This document shows, piece after piece, positions 39,544 through 47,836 of a stretch of 64,000 bases of DNA. The stretch is from contig DASYZL010000006.1 in the NCBI GenBank assembly GCA_035946335.1, forward strand, positions 175,664-239,663, read 5' to 3'. The DNA is from Patescibacteria group bacterium. GTDB taxonomy: Bacteria > Patescibacteriota > Microgenomatia > Levybacterales > UBA12049. The notes beneath the pieces are model-generated. The model saw only the letters and a program-made list of their open reading frames with translations. It had not been told where the DNA came from and did not search any database. The first letter of the stretch is position 1. Every line of letters starts with the position of its first letter. Position numbers and translations under genes: made by a program.

Positions 39544-39880
39544 GGCACTTCTGGAAAAATGAAGGTGGCAGTGCCATGACACGCAGAACACTAACGCACG
39601 TATAAAAAACCTTTGGGTTTTTCGGTAGTCTCGATTTCTATGTGGATTTAGTAGTTTCTATTTTTATTTCGATTTGCTACACTGCCAACATGACTGCTGG
39701 ATGGTTAATTTGCAATTTTTTAATCTCAAGCCATCGTTGCCTGAGTTCGCCAATGTACCGTAAATCCTGAAATGCCTGAATGATTGAGGTAAAATCTATA
39801 GTTAGAGTGAGCCAAGGCTGGGGGAGCAAATTAGTCCTGTAGTTTTATTCTAATTTTGTTTACTTCAAATATCCTCTTTT

Positions 39881-40192
39881 TTATCTCTTTATTCCCTGTT
39901 TATTGAGCACATATTGCACCGAAGGGCTTATTTGCTTATCCGTGCGGTGAATACAACCAAGCCAACAACAAGGTCGGCGCATTCCTTCTTTCAGTTCTGT
40001 GCGCACTCGTTCAACATGTTGCTTTCTGGTTTCCGGTTTTTTAACAAAGGTTGCCCAACAAATCCATTCATTGCGAGCAAGTGGCGTAAGGCTTTCCCAT
40101 GTTGCGAGCGCTTTTGAGTCAGAAGTCAAAACTTCCCGTAAATCCGCTGGAACTTTATGCACTGTACCGTCTGAAATATCTTTTTTAGTCAT
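39881..40192 (-). CDS. YdeI/OmpD-associated (DUF1905-like) family protein
   Basis: LTPLARNEWICWATFVKKPETRKQHVERV is characteristic of the family. Confidence 0.5.
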   Translation of the reverse strand: MTKKDISDGTVHKVPADLREVLTSDSKALATWESLTPLARNEWICWATFVKKPETRKQHVERVRTELKEGMRRPCCWLGCIHRTDKQISPSVQYVLNKQGIKR

Positions 40193-40506
40193 AAGGTTAT
40201 TATAACAAATCTTCTAGAACTAGAAATGGAGCTGGTAAATTGAGACTAGAGTATAGTATCTTCAACTCATCAAGTATGACATCAACTCAAGTTCTCTGTT
40301 GATGAATGAGTCCTTTATGGGAGCAAGTGATATATTTATGTCCGAGGGAAAGATATTACGTACTAATCTAAAACGCTTTCTTTATTTTTTTCTTACATAG
40401 TTTTAGCAGATTTAGTCTATAATTTTCGCTATGCAAAATATAGAGAAGGCATTGGAACTCATTACACGCAAATCCCATAACAATCCGTCGAGAAGCACTC
40501 CGTTAT

Positions 40507-41175
40507 TTGCTTTTCGGCAGCTTAGCAGTCGTTTTATATGGGTGTAGGACTATCCCAGAACAGCCTGATAGAGAGTTGATTGCCAATGCAGTATGGGATA
40601 TTGTTACCCAGCAAGACGATCACATCAACCTCGGTGCTCAGTTGATACTACAACATATGAATATGGGAAGACTACATACTATTGACCTGACAGCATCGTC
40701 ATATAACGGCAGTGTCAAAGATACAACATTCAACCCTAACGGATTTCCCATTGTTGCTTTGCAGCAAGTACGTGTTGCAAACGGCAAAGTGCTTCCGCTA
40801 CAGGAAAATAGACGCGTTATGATAACAAATCTTCCTAGCGGCAATGTTGATATTCTGTTTACAGTTCTGCTGCTTACCCCAGTGATACGACAATCAACCA
40901 GCCTTCTATTCCAGTTGGAATACCTGTTATATATCGAGTCGATGTTCACGGAAAAGAGCAGGGGATGTCCATCGATCAACTTAATGTTGCTAATGGTGTC
41001 CAATTTACCCGCCAACCTCAAACCTCTACCATATTACAGATTCCCTTTCCACAGTAGGAGGATTTCTCAACCATCTTCAAAGTTTCGGTTATGTGATTAT
41101 AGGGTAGAAGGTATTAGAACAAAACATATGTTTCTTCAGATTTATTCTTGCTGGTATTCTACAATTCGTGCATAA
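40507..41175 (+). CDS. Hypothetical protein (possibly degraded; low support)
   Basis: 222-aa ORF with an antisense shadow ORF. A 38-aa out-of-frame ORF lies upstream. Confidence 0.2.
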   Translation: MLFGSLAVVLYGCRTIPEQPDRELIANAVWDIVTQQDDHINLGAQLILQHMNMGRLHTIDLTASSYNGSVKDTTFNPNGFPIVALQQVRVANGKVLPLQENRRVMITNLPSGNVDILFTVLLLTPVIRQSTSLLFQLEYLLYIESMFTEKSRGCPSINLMLLMVSNLPANLKPLPYYRFPFHSRRISQPSSKFRLCDYRVEGIRTKHMFLQIYSCWYSTIRA

Positions 41176-41213
41176 AAGGGTAAATAGCATCTAATCATTG
41201 AAGCAAATTAATC

Positions 41214-41660
41214 TCAATTCTTATTTTTTACTGATATTTCATTACCACCTATAACTATACTTGCTGCGATTAGCACAAAATTTTTTATAACAAATTCTCC
41301 ATTACTGGTTAAGAAAAACAGGTTATGGGAAAAGTAGAGAAATGGTGATATGAAAAATCCTGCAAAAATGCCTCCCATTTGAAGCCATAAAAGTAGAAGA
41401 GTAAAACGCAAGGTACTTTTTATCAGTAATCCAATACCAATAATTATTTCCCACACCCCTAAAATGGTGATAAATAACGGTTCTGGGAAAGAAGGATACG
41501 TGGAAACTATTAAGTCATGCACAGGGCTTGCATTAATTACCTTCAACGCTCCAAACCACAAGTAAACCACAGCAAGAGAAATACGCAACAATATAAATCC
41601 GTATTTATGCATAGTCTGTATAACAGATACATCAAATTTCTCAAGATTTCTTTTTGGCAT
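41214..41660 (-). CDS. DoxX/YkgB(DUF417)-like small membrane protein
   Basis: 148 aa with 4 TM segments and a YkgB-like topology. Confidence 0.4.
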   Translation of the reverse strand: MPKRNLEKFDVSVIQTMHKYGFILLRISLAVVYLWFGALKVINASPVHDLIVSTYPSFPEPLFITILGVWEIIIGIGLLIKSTLRFTLLLLWLQMGGIFAGFFISPFLYFSHNLFFLTSNGEFVIKNFVLIAASIVIGGNEISVKNKN

Positions 41661-41838
41661 ATACTGATGATACTAAATCAGCGATTGATTGAAAATATAG
41701 TCATTACATTTCAGCTCATATTTCTTTGTTTCTGAAATGTGTTTAGACTGCGCAAGCCTCCCAATATTATCTAACCTAGACGCAGGTTACCTGGTCTTTT
41801 TTGGCGAAAGTATCTGAAACTATAGTATAAGTGCTGTT

Positions 41839-44307
41839 TTATGATGTCTTCATGAATGAAACAAACAAGAAATTGAGCGGTACGAGCGTAACAGGTCGTC
41901 GCGTTTTCGTGTATGGGTATACATACTGATTTATGATTGGGTTTTGTTTCATCCCTTCTTGGCCATTTGCTTGCAATTTGGAAGCAACATATGGCGTATA
42001 GGTAAGCGTAAAGGAAGGAAGTTCTACGTAATTGCGGATTAACTGCGCATTCATGTCTACAACATAGGGCGTGTTCGGAAGAAGAGTGTTGGGGGGAAGA
42101 TTAATACCAAAGCGTGATTGTGGATTTGTTACGGTTGTATATGGCTCGGAGCACTGTTCTGGATCAGTATTTGTACAATCCTCATTCGTCAATGTCAGCG
42201 TTACTGTTGATTGGTTCGCTGCAATCCCATAGAATGTTGGCGAAGAAACTGAAGTTGTATAATCTGTTTGTATTTGATCCGGCTGAAGGGAAGAGATAGA
42301 TGGATCACCAATGCCAGTTATATTAAGTATCGTTAACGGGAAAAGGGCTTGATTATCAACCGTCTGGTATGAATTAACCCGTACATAGAGAGAGTCACTC
42401 CCCAGAGAATGACCTGATTTATCAACTGCGACCACTTTCCACGCATAAGTTCCTGATAACGCCTTCCCTCCTGTTGCAAATGGTGTTTCTGATGACTCTT
42501 TTGCATAAACAACAATATGAGAACTTTCCTGATCATACTTTGCGCGAAAACCTGTTGTATCGTATGTACCATTATTTGTTGCATTGCTCAAATATTGATT
42601 CCTCATGGAATTTTCAAGATTGGTACTCACTGAAGCAAAATCAGGGGGAATATTATCAAGGTACAACTTCCAGGAAGATGTGCCTGCCTGCCGTACCCAG
42701 ACTTGATACTTTTGTAGATTATCGCGCATGTGTGCGCGCTGGGTATTAACAGAAAAATCAAATGACGGGTACGGTGTATCAACGTCACTGTTATCGTAAG
42801 GGGCGTTGAGGGTGAAGGGACTGAAAAAAAATGCATAAGGACTGCTATCACCGTTCGTATCGAGGGCTCGGACAACAACTGTGTAACCAGGTGTACTATT
42901 ACTATTTGCTAAAGGGTCAAATGCCAAGGTAAATGGTTCTGTATTTAAACGGAATGCCCCATTCACTGGCGTTGATTCCTGCCAACTATCCCCATTTGCA
43001 GCATATTGTACATCGGCAACAGTATAAGGACTTGGTGCCGTTGCCGTTCCGTTTATTATTATCGTATCATCGGGATTTGTTGTAAGATTGTTTGCAACAG
43101 ATACTGACGGGTTTTGCAAATTATTTTGGTAGATGAGAACACGATTATTCAGAGAATCTGCGACAGCAAGTTGAGTGTGATTAGAAAAAGCACCCTTCGG
43201 CGAAGACATTGTTGCCGGACCGATACCTCCTGCATTTGCTGATGAAGATGTAAAATTTTGTTGCCCAATAACAATGTTTGCAGCAGTAGCATTGTTGAAA
43301 GGAATTGCATTAAATGCAAGCACTCTATTCGCCTGGATATCTGAAACATAGAAGATACCATTCGAACTTGTTGCGTCAGTAGTAATACGAAGCGGCTGGA
43401 GTGATTGCGCAGAAATTGTTGCAGAAGTGTTTGCCGTGAAACTTGTTTGTCCAAGTACCACATCAGCAAAAATATTGGTACTTGTCGGCTCCGAAAGAAA
43501 AATAAGGACACGATAATTATTGGTGTCAGAAATAAGAAGCGATCCATTGTCAATGGTAATTCCTCGAGGATTACTCAGTGTGTTTCCGTTAACGCCTCCA
43601 GTATTGACAGTCACCGTACTGGTATCTGGTTGTCCAATAACAAAGTCTGCCGGAAGCGCTGAAGTAGAAGGAAAATTCAAATATCCTAAAACTCTATTAT
43701 TTCCAGCGTCTGCAATATACAACTTTGCACCATCTGAGGTTACATCTGCCGGGTTTGATAAGGATCTTGCACTCACTCCTCCGCTGTTTGCCGTACAAGT
43801 TGTAAATGAAGATTGTCCAAGCACATAATTTGCGCTTGGACCATTTTGAGTTGGTATGCCATTAAAAACTAATACACGATTATTGTTAGCATCTGCAACA
43901 AATAATTTGCCTCCTGTATAAAATATGCCCCCGTCTCCAAGATTAAATTTGCTTTGTGTACACCCTGATGTTTTTGTCGTGAAATCTGGCTGCCCAATCA
44001 CTACATCGGCTGCCTGATTATTCACACTTGGGATACTATTATAGACAAGTATCCTGTTATTCACAGCGTCTGCAACAAGCAACTGTGACCCGACAATCAA
44101 TGCCGCAGAAGGACTACTCATAGATTGAGCAGAAGTAGAACCGCCTTGATTTGCCTGAGACGAAATAAAATCTTTTTGTCCGATAACAACAGCTGCGGAA
44201 GCACTTGACGTATAGGCATGAGCAGCAGAAGGTGAAAGGAAGAAAAAAAGAAAAAAAAGTACAAGAAAAAAAACATAGTAGATTTTTTGGTACGAAATAT
44301 ACCCCAT
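41839..44307 (-). CDS. Secreted NHL-repeat beta-propeller protein with a large C-terminal domain
   Basis: Signal/TM segment, then six repeats containing the D/N-x-NNRVL motif (NNRILVYN, NNRVLVFN, NNRVLGY, NYRVLIF, ANRVLAFN, NNRVLIYQ). Start taken at MGYISYQ. Confidence 0.7.
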   Translation of the reverse strand: MGYISYQKIYYVFFLVLFFLFFFLSPSAAHAYTSSASAAVVIGQKDFISSQANQGGSTSAQSMSSPSAALIVGSQLLVADAVNNRILVYNSIPSVNNQAADVVIGQPDFTTKTSGCTQSKFNLGDGGIFYTGGKLFVADANNNRVLVFNGIPTQNGPSANYVLGQSSFTTCTANSGGVSARSLSNPADVTSDGAKLYIADAGNNRVLGYLNFPSTSALPADFVIGQPDTSTVTVNTGGVNGNTLSNPRGITIDNGSLLISDTNNYRVLIFLSEPTSTNIFADVVLGQTSFTANTSATISAQSLQPLRITTDATSSNGIFYVSDIQANRVLAFNAIPFNNATAANIVIGQQNFTSSSANAGGIGPATMSSPKGAFSNHTQLAVADSLNNRVLIYQNNLQNPSVSVANNLTTNPDDTIIINGTATAPSPYTVADVQYAANGDSWQESTPVNGAFRLNTEPFTLAFDPLANSNSTPGYTVVVRALDTNGDSSPYAFFFSPFTLNAPYDNSDVDTPYPSFDFSVNTQRAHMRDNLQKYQVWVRQAGTSSWKLYLDNIPPDFASVSTNLENSMRNQYLSNATNNGTYDTTGFRAKYDQESSHIVVYAKESSETPFATGGKALSGTYAWKVVAVDKSGHSLGSDSLYVRVNSYQTVDNQALFPLTILNITGIGDPSISSLQPDQIQTDYTTSVSSPTFYGIAANQSTVTLTLTNEDCTNTDPEQCSEPYTTVTNPQSRFGINLPPNTLLPNTPYVVDMNAQLIRNYVELPSFTLTYTPYVASKLQANGQEGMKQNPIINQYVYPYTKTRRPVTLVPLNFLFVSFMKTS

Positions 44308-44388
44308 ACCTTTTTTATAGCAGAAAAGAGAGAGAATAGTTAATGCCCATTTTCGTTTTTCTTTTTTTCCTTTACAATAAAGCAATAT

Positions 44389-46155
44389 ATGAAAACACTC
44401 AGAAGAATTATCTTACATGAATTAAGGCCATATCTCCTTGTATTAAGCTTTATTCTTTTCCTCATGCTCGTCGTTGTCGCCTTACAAGCAGCAGCACCGT
44501 GGCCATTTAAGTTTCTTATCGATAATGTTCTAGGAGATGAAACAATCAGCACCAAAACATTTATCGGATGGCTGATTTCATTAGTCCCTTCTCAAGAGCT
44601 TTTAGGATACATTGTTGTTTTGATATTTTTTCTTATCAGCATGGGATCAAGTATTGTTGAATACTTCCAGAGCAAATTACTTCGTAAGGTTATCCGGGGT
44701 ATTATTTTTGATTTTTCAAAAAGTGCTTTTTCACAATTAGAAGGATTTGATATGGGATTTTTCCGCAATCAAGACATAGGAGATTATATTTATCGATTGA
44801 ATTATGATGTTGGCGCTTTGGGTGAACTCATTGAAGAGGGAATTTTACCTATTATTTCCTCTGCATTTTACTTAATTTTTACTGCTATCTTAATGTTTAC
44901 CATCAGCTATAAATTAGCACTAATAGCTTTTCTTGCTCTCCCGTTTCTCGCAACCGGTTTATACATATTTAATAAACGCATTGAGGTGGGAACAAAACGC
45001 TCAGAGTTTTCAAATAGTACTGTTTTTACCTTTGTGCAACAGATACTCTCACAACTGAAGATTGTCCAAGTATTTTCCCAAGAAAAAAATGAATCGAAAG
45101 AATTTAATCTGAAGCTAAAAAAATCATTACAAAATGAGCTGTTGCTATACAACTTAAATTTTCTGCTCAGTCTTTTAGTCGGGGCTATCATTGCAATTAG
45201 CTATTCTCTTATTATAGGTATCGGCATTCATTTATTTTTCTTAGGGGAATTCTCAACTGGCCTTCTTATTGTTTTTATCTTTTATCTTGATAATTTGACA
45301 CAACCATTACTGGATATCATTTATGCTTCCAGTGCCTTCAAAGAGTCTTATGTACGTATTGAACGAATGAAAGATTTTTTTAATAAACGGAATCAACTCC
45401 ATAACACAGGGATCATAAAGGAGCTCTCTGATACAACGATTCAATTTCATAACGTCATTTTGGAAGGAAATCAAGGAATGAAAATTCTCCATAATATCTC
45501 ATTTACTATTCCGGAAAATAAAATGACCGTATTGGTCGGAGTAAGCGGATCAGGGAAAACATCAGTTATTTCACTTATCCCTCGCCTTCTGAGTAATCCA
45601 CAGCATGGAGAAATTTTGCTGGGCGATAAAAATATTAATACATATGATGTTATGACGCTTCGCAAGAACATTGCATATGTACCACAAGAAAATCTTCTTT
45701 TTAACCAATCAATATTTGAGATCATTGCATTTGGTGTTCCACATGCAACTCTTGCTGAAGTAAAGTACGCTGCAAAACTTGCATACGCTGATGAATTTAT
45801 CGAAAAACACCCACAAGGATATAACTTCCGGGTCGGAGATGAAGGAAATTATCTTTCAGGAGGTCAACGACAAAGACTTATGATTGCCAGAGCATTTATG
45901 AGAAAAACTGCGAAAATACTTATTTTCGATGAACCACTATCTTCTCTTGATATCCAAACAAGGAAAGATGTGTGGAAAAGTATTAAAACGTTTGCAGAAG
46001 GAAAAACAACGATTCTCGTCTCAAATGTGTTGGATGTTATTACGAACGCTGACCAGATACTCTTCTTAAATGATGGAAGACTTGCAGAACAAGGGAATCA
46101 CAAAAAGTTGCTAGAAAAATCAAATTTGTATACACTATTTGTAGAGAAAGAATAA
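44389..46155 (+). CDS. ABC transporter, fused permease and ATPase (type I exporter, MsbA/bacteriocin-exporter-like)
   Basis: Six TM segments, Walker A GVSGSGKTS, signature LSGGQRQRLMIARAF, and Walker B ILIFDEPLSSLD. Confidence 0.85.
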   Translation: MKTLRRIILHELRPYLLVLSFILFLMLVVVALQAAAPWPFKFLIDNVLGDETISTKTFIGWLISLVPSQELLGYIVVLIFFLISMGSSIVEYFQSKLLRKVIRGIIFDFSKSAFSQLEGFDMGFFRNQDIGDYIYRLNYDVGALGELIEEGILPIISSAFYLIFTAILMFTISYKLALIAFLALPFLATGLYIFNKRIEVGTKRSEFSNSTVFTFVQQILSQLKIVQVFSQEKNESKEFNLKLKKSLQNELLLYNLNFLLSLLVGAIIAISYSLIIGIGIHLFFLGEFSTGLLIVFIFYLDNLTQPLLDIIYASSAFKESYVRIERMKDFFNKRNQLHNTGIIKELSDTTIQFHNVILEGNQGMKILHNISFTIPENKMTVLVGVSGSGKTSVISLIPRLLSNPQHGEILLGDKNINTYDVMTLRKNIAYVPQENLLFNQSIFEIIAFGVPHATLAEVKYAAKLAYADEFIEKHPQGYNFRVGDEGNYLSGGQRQRLMIARAFMRKTAKILIFDEPLSSLDIQTRKDVWKSIKTFAEGKTTILVSNVLDVITNADQILFLNDGRLAEQGNHKKLLEKSNLYTLFVEKE

Positions 46156-46176
46156 TAAAGGGGGTGATAAAATCGT

Positions 46177-46284
46177 ATGGCAAAGCGCGAACGACAAAAA
46201 TCGCAACCAAGCAGACCTCAATCCAGGCCAAGTTCGTCTCGACCAGTTCCAAGAACAGGAAGAGTACGGGTAAAAGGGAGGTAA
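46177..46284 (+). CDS. Small, highly basic peptide (35 aa)
   Basis: Strong RBS GGGGGTGATAAAAtcgtATG. Product MAKRERQKSQPSRPQSRPSSSRPVPRTGRVRVKGR. Confidence 0.4.
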   Translation: MAKRERQKSQPSRPQSRPSSSRPVPRTGRVRVKGR

Positions 46285-46365
46285 GTAAAGCTATTGACAA
46301 AAGGATATGTTTCATGTTGCTATATGTAGTGAGAGGAATATATCTTTGAAAGGAGGTGATAAAAC

Positions 46366-46464
46366 ATGGCAATAAAAAGAACAGTTAAAACAGCACCAAA
46401 AAAGAAACCATCAGTTGCTAAAAAATCAGTAATCCATACTCCAGCAAGGCGTAAAAAAAGATAA
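46366..46464 (+). CDS. Small, highly basic peptide (32 aa), paralogous leader to the previous gene
   Basis: RBS GGAGGTGATAAAAcATG. Product MAIKRTVKTAPKKKPSVAKKSVIHTPARRKKR. Confidence 0.4.
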   Translation: MAIKRTVKTAPKKKPSVAKKSVIHTPARRKKR

Positions 46465-46566
46465 GTACTGATTCATCCTAAATCCACTGTCCATATTTGT
46501 AAGTGGATTTTAGGTATAATAGGAGTTTTTAAAGAAAATCATTGAACAAGAAGAAAGGAGGAAAAA

Positions 46567-46740
46567 ATGAAAAATAATGGCGCTGCGGGCGGTGTAGTTT
46601 ATGGATTAGGTTTTATAGGAGCAATCATTTATTACATTCAACATGCGACTACATTCTGGATTGGTGTCTTAGGTATTGTAAAAGCCATTATTTGGCCTGC
46701 ACTTCTTATTTACCGATTGCTTGGGTTCCTAAAAATGTGA
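46567..46740 (+). CDS. Small hydrophobic membrane peptide (57 aa)
   Basis: RBS GAAAGGAGGaaaaaATG. Product MKNNGAAGGVVYGLGFIGAIIYY... Confidence 0.4.
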   Translation: MKNNGAAGGVVYGLGFIGAIIYYIQHATTFWIGVLGIVKAIIWPALLIYRLLGFLKM

Positions 46741-46757
46741 AAGAAAATCCGAGCGTA

Positions 46758-46787
46758 CAACTCAATTACATAATTGCAATTGAGTTA
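46758..46787 (+). terminator. Hairpin downstream of the small-peptide genes
   Basis: CAACTCAATT-acataattgc-AATTGAGTTa, followed by a T-rich stretch. Confidence 0.3.
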
Positions 46788-46947
46788 TTGTGTAATATTT
46801 TAGTCATTTTTTCAAATTTCACAAAATATAGTAAATTCTTTGATGCTCTGATACAATAAACGAAATTTAATGTAAAGTCTACTTGACATTCTCCTCTTTT
46901 TATTTTACCCTTTTATAAACCATAAAATGCAATGAAAAATCTCATGC

Positions 46948-47160
46948 ATGAAAGAATATATCATCAACAATGTATCTGATCTCAGGAAAGAAAAAGATAT
47001 TACACAGGAAACATTTGCTCATGCCTTGGGAGTTTCAAGGCAAACAGTTGTTGCAATTGAGAAAGGAAACTATATTCCTTCCCTTTTACTTGGAATAAGA
47101 ATAGCACAATATTTCAAGAAAAGGGTTGAAGACATATTCATCTACGCTTATGAAAAATAA
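46948..47160 (+). CDS. XRE-family HTH transcriptional regulator
   Basis: QETFAHALGVSRQTVVAIEKG HTH. Confidence 0.75.
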   Translation: MKEYIINNVSDLRKEKDITQETFAHALGVSRQTVVAIEKGNYIPSLLLGIRIAQYFKKRVEDIFIYAYEK

Positions 47161-47515
47161 ATTTATTGGTGAAGCTATTATCTCAGTAGTACTTATCGCA
47201 TTGTTGGTCTTTTTCTTGAATCCTTTAGAGCTTGTGATGCCACAATCAGTGCACATGATCATGATTCCATTCCTCGTTGTTTTATTTATCGTTTTTACAG
47301 GAGTACTTTGGAAAGAAACTCCAGGAGATGAACGTGAACAACTTCATAAGTTTATCGCATCTCGCTTTGCGTATTTTGCAGCAGTTGCAACCCTTATTAT
47401 CGGTATAGTTATGCAAAGCTTCGAAAAAGCAATTGACCCCTGGCTTATTATAACAATCTGCGTTGCTTTACTTGCAAAAATTACTGGCCTAATCTATGGT
47501 TATTTTAGACATTAA
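47126..47515 (+). CDS. Membrane protein (3 TM), partner of the XRE regulator
   Basis: Hydrophobic 129-aa ORF overlapping the regulator's stop. Confidence 0.45.
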   Translation: MKTYSSTLMKNKFIGEAIISVVLIALLVFFLNPLELVMPQSVHMIMIPFLVVLFIVFTGVLWKETPGDEREQLHKFIASRFAYFAAVATLIIGIVMQSFEKAIDPWLIITICVALLAKITGLIYGYFRH

Positions 47516-47533
47516 TAAAGGAGGTGAACAAAC

Positions 47534-47776
47534 ATGAACAACCAACTAATGTGGCTACTAGTTATCGTTGCGCTTCTTGTTGGAGCATTTGGTGGTTATT
47601 ATTACGAAAAATCCAAACTCACGAACCAAATGATGATGGTGGAATCCAGTCTTCAGCAACAGTTGAATGATGCAAAGATGAAGACCGATCAACTGATGAA
47701 AATGCAAACCACCCCTGTACCATCAGGGATGATGCATGTCACGATGACCCCAAAAAGTGTAATGATGCAAAAGTAA
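47534..47776 (+). CDS. Methionine-rich membrane-anchored small protein
   Basis: Strong RBS AAGGAGGTGAacaaacATG, an N-terminal TM helix, and 14 Met in 80 aa (MMMVE, MMHVTM, VMMQK). Confidence 0.55.
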   Translation: MNNQLMWLLVIVALLVGAFGGYYYEKSKLTNQMMMVESSLQQQLNDAKMKTDQLMKMQTTPVPSGMMHVTMTPKSVMMQK

Positions 47777-47836
47777 TTATATTTTGGGGGCTGGGAGATC
47801 CAATCCCCTAAAAGGGGTTTATTCGATAAGTAATAT

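Larger units (their letters stand above)
26195..39880. mobile_element. Integrated mobile element (integrative island or prophage remnant) inserted at the tRNA-Asn 3' end; the right boundary is approximate
   Basis: A serine integrase abuts the tRNA. The region also holds a resolvase, HNH endonucleases, a PolA-like gene, XRE regulators and many small ORFans. Its AT content is visibly higher than the flanks. Confidence 0.55.

Noticed and set aside
39815-39830. GGAGCAAA match to the tRNA-Asn 3' flank, considered as an attR
   Set aside because: It is only 8-9 nt, which could arise by chance, and serine integrases do not require long direct repeats.
40638-41021. 127-aa minus-strand ORF
   Set aside because: It is antisense to an equally weak plus-strand ORF, and neither has motifs. 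The region may be decayed sequence.
46164-46349. 61-aa GTG-initiated ORF from the track, downstream of the ABC exporter
   Set aside because: The overlapping ATG frame (46177..46284) has ideal Shine-Dalgarno spacing. Its paralogue at 46366 is open only in the ATG frame, so the GTG frame is probably spurious.
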